Part shown: positions 35,122 through 43,149 of the stretch, piece after piece
Layout: every line of letters starts with the position of its first letter
Numbering within the stretch: the first letter of the stretch is position 1
NCBI GenBank assembly: GCA_021811935.1
Contig: JAKAPW010000002.1
Coordinates: 1-48,793 of the forward strand
Reading direction: 5' to 3'
DNA length: 48,793 nt
DNA from: an archaeon
GTDB lineage: Archaea > Thermoproteota > Nitrososphaeria > Conexivisphaerales > DTJL01
Made by a program: the position numbers and the translations under genes
Notes under the pieces: generated by a model
Seen by the model: the letters and a program-made list of their open reading frames with translations, nothing else
Databases searched by the model: none
Told to the model about the DNA's origin: nothing

Positions 35122-35228
35122 GGGCCCGTAGCGCAGTGGGTTTGTGGTCATGAATACAACCCGCGCAGTATGGACAGCGCGACTGCCTCCTAAGCAGTAG
35201 GTCATGGGTTCAAATCCCACCGGGCCCG
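35122..35228 (+). tRNA. tRNA-Arg (anticodon CCT) carrying a 32-nt intron in the D-loop
   Basis: Acceptor stem GGGCCCG/CGGGCCC, D stem GCGC/GCGC, anticodon stem ACTGC/GCAGT with loop CTCCTAA, T arm ATGGG-TTCAAAT-CCCAC (one A:C mismatch) and discriminator G. CCA is not encoded. The gene is 107 nt, against 75 nt after removing the insert. Confidence 0.8.
35138..35169 (+). other. Non-canonical tRNA intron (one of several equivalent registers, because GCGCAGT is repeated at both junctions)
   Basis: GCGC(35131-34)/GCGC(35163-66) can form a 4-bp helix. It is flanked on opposite strands by the AGT bulges 35135-37 and 35167-69. The inner hairpin is GGGTT-TGT.../...ACA-AACCC (35138-62). Confidence 0.6.
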
Positions 35229-35230
35229 CT
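35216..35230 (+). repeat. tRNA 3'-end core (cccaccgggcccgct), candidate att copy 1
   Basis: Repeated with 2 mismatches at 37907-37921. Its last 12 nt recur with one extra base at 43137-43149. Confidence 0.5.
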
Positions 35231-35281
35231 ACATTCTTGTGCCGGAACCCCCCCTTAAATTCGGCCTCCTCCCATAAGGGC

Positions 35282-35464
35282 ATGGAAGGGGCGGTCGAGG
35301 GAAGGATCAGGTACAGCGGGCTGCTGGCCGACAGCGAGCTGAGGAGGTGGTACGACAACGTCCGAAGGGGCTCGCCGATAACCGCAGATGTCTACCTCAG
35401 GAGGCTCGGCAGCACCTGCCATCGGATGGGAACCAGCCCAAGAGAGATGCTCAGACAGGCTTAG
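35282..35464 (+). pseudogene. N-terminal remnant (about 60 aa) of a tyrosine-recombinase-type integrase
   Basis: SELRRWYDNVRRGSPITADVYLRRLGSTCHRMGTSPREML resembles, from memory, the N-terminal SAM-like domain of archaeal integrases. It ends at a TAG with no catalytic domain following, and lies immediately 3' of the tRNA. Confidence 0.4.
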
Positions 35465-35510
35465 AGGGGACGCAGGGGGCAGGTAGGCCTTCAACTTCCT
35501 AGCCGACCTT

Positions 35511-35849
35511 GTGATGGAGCTGGAGAGCGAGCGTATGGGTAGGGTAAACCTTGAAGACTCGGAATATCTTCGCCTCGTCGCCAAAACTACCGCGCTCAAC
35601 GAGGAGCTGCTGGAAATCTTGGTCTCCCAATTCCGTTGGATGTTGGGGTATTGTGAATCTCACGGAATACTCATCCCAGAACGCGATAAACTGGTTAGGG
35701 CCGTCAGTTCAGCCGAGGCGCTCCTCGATAGGATACCATCTCTGCCCGATGCATCACCAACCGGAATCTATGAGCCAAGGGCTAACAGGTGGACCCATGA
35801 GCCGGACGATGAACAGAGCCCTCATTGCAGAGAGAGATATATACCGTAG
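35511..35849 (+). CDS. Hypothetical protein (112 aa), no recognisable family
   Basis: An ORF in the low-GC stretch with a non-biased composition. It could be a frame-shifted continuation of the decayed integrase or an element gene. Confidence 0.25.
   Translation: MMELESERMGRVNLEDSEYLRLVAKTTALNEELLEILVSQFRWMLGYCESHGILIPERDKLVRAVSSAEALLDRIPSLPDASPTGIYEPRANRWTHEPDDEQSPHCRERYIP
35837..35844 (+). promoter_or_regulatory. TATA-like element upstream of the hydrolase gene
   Basis: ATATATAC ends 24 nt before the TTG at 35868. Confidence 0.4.
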
Positions 35850-35867
35850 TTTAGAATTGAGCTGGTC

Positions 35868-36581
35868 TTGACAGAATTTGTCTTGGTCCCGGGCGCATGG
35901 TTGGGAGCGTGGGCCTGGAAGAAGGTGGTCCCCCTGCTCAGGAAAAAGGGCCATGTTGCGTACCCAGTCACTTTAACCGGAGAAGCCGAACGGGCCCATC
36001 TCGCCACGGAGGACGTCAACATGGAGACCGCAATCCGGGACGTCTTGAACGTAATCAAATACAATGACCTAGACGATTTCGCATTAGTGGGGCACAGCTT
36101 TGCTGGGAAGGTGGCGGCAGCTGTGGCGGACCGAGAACCCGAGAAGGTGAGGATACTTCTCTACCTTGACGGATATTCTCCTAACAAGGTCAGAACCCCA
36201 CAGGGCAACTTCCCTGACGAGTTTCCGGTCGACGGGTTAAAGGTCCCATTTCCTGAAGGTTTCCTGGAGGTCGTCGGAAAGGACGTTCAAGGGGCTGACC
36301 GCGAATGGATGCTATCCAAGGCAACCCCCTGTCCAGTCAGGTACCTCCGAGACCCGATTGTGCTCTCGGAGAAGTTTGATTCGGTGAAGGAGGCGTACAT
36401 ATTTTGTAAGGGGGGTGACACACTCTCCTGGTATTTATCGCAAGTATCCGGCCCCTCCAGCGAAGATGAAGCACTCAAAGGGATACTGCGCGGACCGTAC
36501 AGGATAATCGACTCGGGCCACTGGCCCATGATAACTAGACCAGAAGAGCTCGTCGAGGGAATGCTAGCTTTGTCTAGTTAG
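35868..36581 (+). CDS. Alpha/beta-fold hydrolase (esterase, SABP2/methylesterase-like)
   Basis: FVLVPGAWLGAWAW, nucleophile elbow LVGHSFAG and a C-terminal DSGHWPM (His of the triad). Confidence 0.8.
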   Translation: MTEFVLVPGAWLGAWAWKKVVPLLRKKGHVAYPVTLTGEAERAHLATEDVNMETAIRDVLNVIKYNDLDDFALVGHSFAGKVAAAVADREPEKVRILLYLDGYSPNKVRTPQGNFPDEFPVDGLKVPFPEGFLEVVGKDVQGADREWMLSKATPCPVRYLRDPIVLSEKFDSVKEAYIFCKGGDTLSWYLSQVSGPSSEDEALKGILRGPYRIIDSGHWPMITRPEELVEGMLALSS

Positions 36582-36634
36582 GATGGCCCGGTATTGAGAG
36601 AGAACACCCTGCTCAAAGCGCCGGTGCGAGAGAG

Positions 36635-37615
36635 GTGAACCCGAAGAGCTCGGTCATCGATTGGCTCCTTGAGGAGAGCCAACCATCGATAAGATACCTG
36701 ACTCTGACCGAACTGCTTGGGAGGACAGAGAGGGATTCCGAGGTAAAGCGCGTTAGGGAGAACATTACGAAGATTGGCTGGGCGAAGGATATACTGGGTA
36801 AGCAACTGCCAGGCGGGAGCTGGTTCCACGAAAAGACCCTCTTCATGCCGAGGTTCCATGCGACCTTTTGGATGCTCCTGATTCTATCCGACCTCGGTCT
36901 CACAAAGGAAAATCCTAGAATCGACAGAGCCTGTCAATTATGGATGAAACGCAATGCGTCCAAGGGCGGCGGATTCAGCCAAAGCGGACGGAGCGGCGGT
37001 CACCTCTGCATCACGGGCAACACGGCTCGCGCCATGATCAAGTTCGGATACGTGGACCATCCGAAGGTGAAAAGGGCCTTCGAGTGGTTGGTGAAGAATC
37101 AGGCGGAGCTCGGCGGATGGTCTTGCTGGAACTTTGGGAAAGCCCCTTACCACGGGAGGACTCTCGACTCCTGGGAACCTCTCGGCGCCTTCGTGGTGTA
37201 CCCTCGCCAGAAATGGACTCGGAGCATGAAACTCGCCTGCCAGAGGGGCGCGGAGTTCTTCCTGGAGAGGGAGCTCCAGAAGCAGGGAGCCCGCTGGGAG
37301 CAGTGGTACCGTTTCCATTATCCAGTCCACTACTACGATCTTCTCGTGGGGCTGGACTTCATGACAGCCCTGGGCTACTCTGGCGACAAGAGACTGGGAT
37401 ACGCCGTTTCGCTGCTCAAGGAAAAGAGACGTAGAGACGGAAGATGGAACCTTGACGCTAACCGCCCGGAAGAATCGGCCGCCCTGGCGGTCTGGAGTAA
37501 GAAGCATCCCGGTTCACAGGATATGACCTCGTTTGTTCTTGAACAGCCCGGCCAACCCAGCAAGATGATCACCTTGACTGCCATGAAAGTTCTGACCCGC
37601 CTTGAAGTACGCTGA
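36635..37615 (+). CDS. Prenyltransferase / squalene-oxidase-repeat (terpenoid-cyclase-fold) protein
   Basis: Repeated ...GGW / GGF / DGRW aromatic-Gly repeats (QLPGGSWFHE, SKGGGFSQS, AELGGWSCW, RRDGRWNLD) typical of alpha-alpha toroid repeats. GTG start. Confidence 0.65.
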   Translation: MNPKSSVIDWLLEESQPSIRYLTLTELLGRTERDSEVKRVRENITKIGWAKDILGKQLPGGSWFHEKTLFMPRFHATFWMLLILSDLGLTKENPRIDRACQLWMKRNASKGGGFSQSGRSGGHLCITGNTARAMIKFGYVDHPKVKRAFEWLVKNQAELGGWSCWNFGKAPYHGRTLDSWEPLGAFVVYPRQKWTRSMKLACQRGAEFFLERELQKQGARWEQWYRFHYPVHYYDLLVGLDFMTALGYSGDKRLGYAVSLLKEKRRRDGRWNLDANRPEESAALAVWSKKHPGSQDMTSFVLEQPGQPSKMITLTAMKVLTRLEVR

Positions 37616-37880
37616 GCCTGACTAATGAACTAATGGCTTTTCGAGAAATTCCTTACACACGGATATAGTGCAATAGTGCGGAGGCAGACGCAATTCTTCC
37701 CAGAAGGATTCCACTGAAAATTCCATTTGAATCCTGTGCGTAAGGCCACTTTGGACACGGCTCATAGACTCCACTTGAGAAGCTTAACCTAACTAATCAG
37801 AGTGGCGCGAGAGTGATGCATTAATACCGATGCAGATTACTGATTAGGTACAATGGCTAAGTTAGGTGCGAATGGAAAGA

Positions 37881-37921
37881 GGGCCCGACACAAAAATGTG
37901 CCGGAACCCACCGAGCCCGCC
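37881..37921 (+). repeat. Degenerate copy of the tRNA-Arg 3' end and downstream junction (candidate att copy 2)
   Basis: 37881-37909 matches 35222-35250 at 23 of 29 positions, colinear (gggcccg-N10-gtgccggaaccc). 37907-37921 (cccaccgagcccgcc) matches the tRNA end at 13 of 15. Confidence 0.45.
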
Positions 37922-38020
37922 TCATCTGTATGCGAATCGCATGAATTGCTGGCACCAGCGGAAGTTGTCGTCGCTAGTTGACAGAATCGGCGAGACCACG
38001 CACAATCCTGTCCGCATTCA

Positions 38021-38464
38021 TTATGCACGGCTCGGAGGAAGCACTGGGATTTTCAGTCCCAAATTCTGATAGTCAGAGACGTCCCATGTCACAAAGGCTT
38101 CGGAAGTTGCCTCTACCTGAGCGGCTATTAGAAAATCGGGAAGGATTCTTCGAACTCCGGCTCGGGCACCAAGGTGTCTTGAATAAAGCTCGCCTGCTCT
38201 TCTTGCAGTCTTCAAAGACCTAGACGTCCTCACTTCGATACCTATGATAGCCAGAAATTTCTGAACCCGCGCTTCCTCAGACTTCGGATTTTCAGAAAGG
38301 TATATTCCAGTATAAAGTTCAGAGTAGACAACATCTGGCATGACAAGTTTCGCTTTATTCTCGACTGCTCGTCGGAAGAACCTGTCAGTGTCATCTGCGA
38401 ACTTATCGCCCCTCAGATGACTAATCAGCACGCTTGTGTCCAACGAGTAAGTGGTAGTTGTCAT
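38021..38464 (-). CDS. vapC: PIN-domain toxin VapC
   Basis: YSLDTSVLISHL (first Asp), PDVVYSELY and DFLIAAQ motifs. The ATG overlaps the vapB stop (ATGA). Confidence 0.85.
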   Translation of the reverse strand: MTTTTYSLDTSVLISHLRGDKFADDTDRFFRRAVENKAKLVMPDVVYSELYTGIYLSENPKSEEARVQKFLAIIGIEVRTSRSLKTARRAGELYSRHLGARAGVRRILPDFLIAAQVEATSEAFVTWDVSDYQNLGLKIPVLPPSRA

Positions 38465-38721
38465 CTGTCCCTGTTCTTCTGCCTCAGCCAGTTAACGATC
38501 TCGACGGCGTCTTTCATGTCTTTGAAGGCAGGGTGAGCCTTCCACATGCCTCTCGTCTCATTCATTATCGCTTCCCAATTCCCGCCTATCTTCTCTATGA
38601 TTATTTTTCCGCTCTCGCTCCTTACATTCACAGTATCCCCTACCTTTAGTCCCGCTTCGTCTCTGACTTCTTCAGGGATGGTTATCTGGTATCTTCGTGC
38701 TACCCGTGCTCTCAATCCCAT
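38461..38721 (-). CDS. vapB: AbrB/SpoVT-family antitoxin VapB
   Basis: RYQITIPEEVRDEAGLKVGDTVNV swapped-hairpin motif. Start at MGLRARV (38721), with a TATA-like GTTTAATAG 30-38 nt upstream. Confidence 0.8.
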   Translation of the reverse strand: MGLRARVARRYQITIPEEVRDEAGLKVGDTVNVRSESGKIIIEKIGGNWEAIMNETRGMWKAHPAFKDMKDAVEIVNWLRQKNRDR

Positions 38722-38750
38722 TACCTTTTCCTCTTGTGATAATAGGATTA

Positions 38751-38759
38751 CTATTAAAC
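38751..38759 (-). promoter_or_regulatory. TATA-like element upstream of vapBC
   Basis: Minus-strand GTTTAATAG, 30-38 nt from the ATG at 38721. Confidence 0.4.
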
Positions 38760-38892
38760 TTAACGGCATTCAGGGCGGCGTTCGGATACCCTCTGATTTC
38801 AGACGAGATTATGCAATGCGGAATTGGAAAAAAGAATTACGAACCTGCAAGAGGACGAGGTCAGGTCGGTGAAGGCGGAGGCAACGAAATCA

Positions 38893-38956
38893 GGCTGAAA
38901 ATAATTTCCTACAACGCTGCGAGGATAGTGAGCCTCGCTTATTCTTTGTTCGTAGG
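38893..38956 (-). terminator. Nested hairpin followed by a T-tract downstream of hflX
   Basis: The outer stem is CCTAC(38908-12)/GTAGG(38952-56). The inner stem is a perfect GCGAGG(38919-24)/CCTCGC(38933-38). On the minus strand the hairpin is followed by ATTATTTTC. Confidence 0.35.
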
Positions 38957-39193
38957 GTTTCTACAGAGCCCATAGTGGAGTCACCCCGGACCTGTCTGTT
39001 TGAACTTCGAGTATCCTCGTGTTGACGGAGACCATGTCCGTCATCACGTCATAGTTCCTCAACCTGTTCCGGAACTCCTGCCCCGTGATGTCTTTATCCT
39101 CGATATGGTGTGCTCCACGACGACCCTGGCCTTGGAGAACACGCGGCCTTCTCGTCCCTGAGGGTCGCGGTTCGTCGCGCCGGGGCGCTGGCG

Positions 39194-40363
39194 CTAGTTC
39201 ATCCGTTGAGCCTTGCCCAGCGTCGCCTCGAGTCTCGGGTAGGTCCTCTCGATTATCCGGGTCTTGAGCTGATGGATCCCGTCTCCCCTGGCGGCGGAGA
39301 CTTTGACGGTTGAGAAGCCCTCGAAAAGGCTCCCTCCCTCGACCTCGCCCGCGCCGGCACGCTTTTCCAGAAGGTCGACCTTGTTGAGGACCAGCAGTAT
39401 CTTCTTGAAATCGACCTTCAGCTGGTTCAATATGTCCTTGCAGCTCTCCAGCTTTATACTCAGGCTCTCCTGGTCCTCGCTCGCGTCGATCAGCAAGAGG
39501 ACGAGGTCCGCGTAGGTGAGCTCTTCCAGAGTCGATTTGAACGATTCCACCATGTAGGCCGGAAGCCTCGAAACGAAGCCCACGGTGTCCGAGAGCATCA
39601 CCTTCTTCTTCGGGTCGGCGAAGCTCACCGCACGTGTCGTCGTGGTAAGCGTGGTGAAGAGGTCGGGTGACTCCTCCCTCGTCTCCGAGGCCAGTCTGTT
39701 GAAGAGCGTCGTCTTCCCGCTGCTGGTATAGCCCGCCATGGAGACAAAAGGCATGTCGAGCTTCCTCCTTTCGACCCGCTGGATCGTTCTGTTGGATTGG
39801 GCTTTGACAAGCTTCTCCTTGATCGTCGCCATTCGGCGCTTCAGCGCCCTGAACTTGACGTCCACGGTCGCCTCTCCCAGCCCCATGAATCCGGTCTTTT
39901 CTCCCTTGACGGAGTACCGGACGGCATCCCTTGCGCGTGGCATTTCATATCGGAGTTCTGCCAGCTGGACTTGGAGCTTTGCCTCCGTGGTAACGGCCCT
40001 CCTGGCGAAGATGTTCAGGATCAGCCTTTCGCGGTCAACAACCTCCGCCTGTGTCACCGTCGCGAGTCGGTAGGCCTGGGATGACGTCAGACGCTCATCT
40101 ACTATGATCGTCTTGGACCCGTTCTGAATCATCATTTCCTTTAGCTCTTCGGCCTTGCCGACTCCGACTCCGTACTCGGACTTCACCACCTGTTTCTGCG
40201 TAATCAGCGCTTCGACCGTGTAACCTGCGGCTTTCGCAAGCTCCTTCACCTCCTGAATCGCAAATTCATCGCTGTAGGTCACTACCGTCGCCTTGTTACC
40301 GGAAGGTCGGTTGCCGCCCTCCCTCCGAGTTTCTTGCAGACCGTCGGCACCTGCCCGACTCAT
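39194..40363 (-). CDS. hflX: GTPase HflX
   Basis: HflX N-domain (LILNIFARRA.T.EAKLQVQLAELRY). G motifs GYTSSGKTTLFN, SDTVGF and LNKVDL. The start could instead be upstream, up to 40495. Confidence 0.85.
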   Translation of the reverse strand: MSRAGADGLQETRREGGNRPSGNKATVVTYSDEFAIQEVKELAKAAGYTVEALITQKQVVKSEYGVGVGKAEELKEMMIQNGSKTIIVDERLTSSQAYRLATVTQAEVVDRERLILNIFARRAVTTEAKLQVQLAELRYEMPRARDAVRYSVKGEKTGFMGLGEATVDVKFRALKRRMATIKEKLVKAQSNRTIQRVERRKLDMPFVSMAGYTSSGKTTLFNRLASETREESPDLFTTLTTTTRAVSFADPKKKVMLSDTVGFVSRLPAYMVESFKSTLEELTYADLVLLLIDASEDQESLSIKLESCKDILNQLKVDFKKILLVLNKVDLLEKRAGAGEVEGGSLFEGFSTVKVSAARGDGIHQLKTRIIERTYPRLEATLGKAQRMN

Positions 40364-40554
40364 CTTGACGAAGCGCTCCCTATCGACGGCGTCGGCTCGA
40401 TGCGTGCCTCTGACCGATTTCCGCTTGCGCATCCGCGGCCGGTGAGATTGAACGGGAGGCGTGGTCCGTTCCTGTCGCCTCCCGTCCGGCAGCATCTGCC
40501 GCTGTCTGTTCGTGGCATGGTTTCATCTCCGAGTCCTTGGCGGTAATCCGGCCC

Positions 40555-42216
40555 TTACTCCATACCTTCCATTCCGCCGGGACCTCCCGGTCCGCGAGGA
40601 GGCATCGACGGGCCCTTCTTGCTGCTCGCGATCACGTCGTCGATTCTTAGGAGCATGCATGTGCACTCCGTTGCCGACTTTATGATTTGCTCCTTGACCG
40701 ATACCGGCTCGATTACGTTCTTCTCGAACATGTCCCGGGTACCCCTCCCGAGCACGTCGACCCCGTACCACGTCTTGCCGTTTCCATGTTTTTCTCTGAG
40801 CTCGACCTGAACATCGATAGGGTCGAATCCCGCATTCACGGCCAGCGCGAGGGGTATGGACTCCAGGGCTTCGGCGAACTTCTCCGCGGCGAGCTGCTCC
40901 CTTCCCTGCAGGGTGTTCGACCACGTCATAAGGCGGTAGGACAATTCCTCCTCGACCGCGCCGCCACCGCCCACGACCGCTGGTTTCTCGAGAGCGTCCT
41001 TGACGACCATGATGGCGTCATGCATGGACCTTTCGGCCTCATCGACGACCCTCTGGCTTCCGCCTCGGACGAAGATCGTGACGGCCTTCGGGTTCCGGCA
41101 CTGCTCGACGAATGTCCATTTGTCGTCCTCTATCTTCCTTTCTTCGACGAGACCGGCCTGCCCCACGTCTTCCTCGGATAGGCCGTCCAGGCCGGTCACG
41201 ACCCTTGCCCCTGTGGCCCTTGCGAGTTTGGTCATGTCGGACTGCTTCACTCTCCTTATCGACAGGATGCCGGCTCTGGCAAGATAGTGCTGGGCCATGT
41301 CGTCGATCCCCTTCTGACAGATGAGCACGTTGGCTCCGGATGCGGAAACCTTTTCCACCATGCCCTTCAGCATCTTCGTCTCTTCCTCGAGGAATCGCGT
41401 GATTTGTGCCGGGTCGCTGATGTTTATCTTCGCGTCGAACTCCGTCTTCTCTATTTCGAGAGGCGAATCGACGAGCGCTATCCTTGCTTTTTCTATTCGC
41501 TTCGGCATCCCGGAATGGACCACTTCCTTGTCCAGGATGACTCCCCTTACGAGAGAGGTCTCTTTGAGAGAGGCCCCCACCTTCCTATCGACTTTCACGT
41601 CGTCAAGGTCTACTCTGAAGCCCCCGTCGGCCGTCTTCTCGACGACCTGAAGGAGTGCGTCGACTACGAGCGCTCCCAGCCCCTCGCTCTCTTTCGAAAT
41701 CATCTTCGAAGCCATGCTGGTCCTCGCAATCTTCGTCAGGGCGGCCCTGTCCCCGGGTTCAATGCCGACAGAAATCTCGTCCAGGATTTTTTGGGCCTGA
41801 TCGGCTGCTCTTCTGTAACCGTTGACGATGACCATGGGATGGACGCCATTTTCTAGCAGCTTTTCCGCATTCCCAAGGAGGGCGCCGGCCAGGACTACCG
41901 ACGAAGTGGTCCCGTCGCCCACCTCGTTGTCCACCGCCTTGGCTATCTCGATTATCATCTTCGCGGCCGGGTGCTGGATGTCCATATCCTTCAGCATTGT
42001 AGCTCCATCGTTGGTCACGGTGACGTCCCCCATGGAATCCACGAGCATCTTGTCCATGCCCCTGGGCCCCAGCGACGTCTTCACTATTTCCGCGATCAGT
42101 TTGGCTGCCGAGATATTGTTGTTCTGGGCTCTCCTTCCCCGGCTCTGAGAAGTACCTTCTCTCAGGATGAGGACCTGTTGCCCGCCAGACGTCGTCACAT
42201 ACGAAGCTTCTGCCAT
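40555..42216 (-). CDS. ths: Thermosome subunit (group II chaperonin)
   Basis: LGPRGMDKMLVDSMGDVTVTNDGATMLKDMDIQHPAAKM, VVGGGGAVEEEL and a C-terminal GGMEGME tail. Confidence 0.95.
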   Translation of the reverse strand: MAEASYVTTSGGQQVLILREGTSQSRGRRAQNNNISAAKLIAEIVKTSLGPRGMDKMLVDSMGDVTVTNDGATMLKDMDIQHPAAKMIIEIAKAVDNEVGDGTTSSVVLAGALLGNAEKLLENGVHPMVIVNGYRRAADQAQKILDEISVGIEPGDRAALTKIARTSMASKMISKESEGLGALVVDALLQVVEKTADGGFRVDLDDVKVDRKVGASLKETSLVRGVILDKEVVHSGMPKRIEKARIALVDSPLEIEKTEFDAKINISDPAQITRFLEEETKMLKGMVEKVSASGANVLICQKGIDDMAQHYLARAGILSIRRVKQSDMTKLARATGARVVTGLDGLSEEDVGQAGLVEERKIEDDKWTFVEQCRNPKAVTIFVRGGSQRVVDEAERSMHDAIMVVKDALEKPAVVGGGGAVEEELSYRLMTWSNTLQGREQLAAEKFAEALESIPLALAVNAGFDPIDVQVELREKHGNGKTWYGVDVLGRGTRDMFEKNVIEPVSVKEQIIKSATECTCMLLRIDDVIASSKKGPSMPPRGPGGPGGMEGME

Positions 42217-42219
42217 TTG

Positions 42220-42348
42220 TCATTCACCGCGGTTCTCATCGCTTCGCTTGGCCTGGAATCTGGCCTTCGCCCGCCTGAGATACTCCCTGATCCGGCTGCT
42301 TGATTTGGCCGCTGTTACTGACTGCTTTTCCTGTTCATTCGTGTCCAT
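42220..42348 (-). CDS. Possible 42-aa basic peptide / upstream ORF ahead of the thermosome gene (not in the ORF track)
   Basis: ATG at 42348; translation MDTNEQEKQSVTAAKSSSRIREYLRRAKARFQAKRSDENRGE; TGA 3 nt before the thermosome ATG. A TATA-like GCTATATAC lies 33-41 nt upstream. Confidence 0.25.
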   Translation of the reverse strand: MDTNEQEKQSVTAAKSSSRIREYLRRAKARFQAKRSDENRGE

Positions 42349-42380
42349 AGCTGTTCACTATCTGTAATAGGTATTACCTG

Positions 42381-42389
42381 GTATATAGC
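42381..42389 (-). promoter_or_regulatory. TATA-like element upstream of the small ORF / thermosome unit
   Basis: Minus-strand GCTATATAC, 33-41 nt from the ATG at 42348 and about 165 nt from the thermosome ATG. Confidence 0.4.
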
Positions 42390-42477
42390 TCTGCCTATCA
42401 TCAATAGTTAAATATTACATTCACGATCCTGCGGTGAGTAAGGTCTGTCGAGCAAAAACCCGTCGATACCCACCGTA

Positions 42478-43137
42478 GTGGCCTCCATAATAACGCATGA
42501 CCCGGCCGTAAACGAATGCCTCAAACAGAAGATTGTCAATTACCACGCCCTCGCTGCGAAAATCAAACCCGAAGTCGAACGGCTGGCCGGAAAGCCCGCG
42601 AGCGTCAACACGATCGTGGTCGCAATTACGAGGTTTTCCGGCACGATCTCCGGGGCAAGCAGGCCAAGACCCCTGGACATTCTGAAGGGCGCCAGGATAA
42701 CGCTGGTCAGCGATACTGTTGATGTGACTATCAGTGTCAAGAAATCCGAGTTGTTTCCCATCGTGAAGCGAATAGCCGAGCTGAGCCCCGACCTCGCCGA
42801 GCCCATTCACATATTTCAGCTTTCAAGCTCGATCAAGCTGATTGCCGACGAGGGCGAGTACAACTCCTTGATCCGTTCGTCTCTCGACAAGATACAGATC
42901 GTGAGGGAGACGACGAAATTGTCAAGGTTGAACATTCGTCTTTCTCCTGCGGTCGAGACGACGCCTGAATTTGGGCTGTTCCTTACGGAGTTGCTCTACC
43001 GCGACGGGATAAAGATACGCCACACATACATCGGCGAAGAGACGATCCTTATTCTTGGTAGGGATGAAGGTCCCAGGGCATACGAAATCCTGCGACGCGA
43101 AATAGACAGAAGCAAGGAAGCCCTGGTCGAACAATGA
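42478..43137 (+). CDS. Hypothetical protein with ACT-like repeats
   Basis: GTG start. The patterns ARITLVSDTVDVTISV... and LSRLNIRLSPAVETTPEFGLFLTELLYRDGIKIRH...ILILGRDEGPRAYEIL resemble the ACT beta-alpha-beta-beta-alpha-beta fold. No firm family assignment. Confidence 0.4.
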   Translation: MASIITHDPAVNECLKQKIVNYHALAAKIKPEVERLAGKPASVNTIVVAITRFSGTISGASRPRPLDILKGARITLVSDTVDVTISVKKSELFPIVKRIAELSPDLAEPIHIFQLSSSIKLIADEGEYNSLIRSSLDKIQIVRETTKLSRLNIRLSPAVETTPEFGLFLTELLYRDGIKIRHTYIGEETILILGRDEGPRAYEILRREIDRSKEALVEQ

Positions 43138-43149
43138 CCGGAGCCCGCT
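43137..43149 (+). repeat. Third partial copy of the tRNA-Arg 3' end (accggagcccgct), at the low-GC to high-GC transition
   Basis: Equals tRNA 35219-35230 (accgggcccgct) with one extra A. GC content rises sharply just after it (43201-43260 = 43 of 60 G+C). Confidence 0.35.

Noticed and set aside
35092-35358. 88-aa minus-strand ORF across the tRNA-Arg gene, and the first 26 codons of ORF 35204..35464, which start inside the T arm.
   Set aside because: Both overlap a well-formed tRNA. Only the part from 35282 shows integrase-like sequence.
37793-37848. Possible C/D-box sRNA (GTGATGC ... CTGA with flanking inverted repeat CTAATCAG/CTGATTAG).
   Set aside because: The C box is imperfect (RUGAUGA is not met). 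There are no clear C'/D' boxes. The terminal stem is 12 nt from the C box rather than adjacent, and the C-D spacing is too short for two guide regions.
38975-39193. Minus-strand frame open for about 70 codons downstream of hflX (…HHIEDKDITGQEFRNRLRNYDVMTDMVSVNTRILEVQTDRSGVTPLWAL).
   Set aside because: There is no plausible start codon before the last 27 codons and no recognisable family. It may be a gene remnant, but this cannot be supported.
40555-42216. Considered whether the thermosome gene also carries an intein or other insertion.
   Set aside because: The translation is colinear with group II chaperonins from GPRGMDKM through the GGM tail, with no Cys/Ser...HN-bounded insert.
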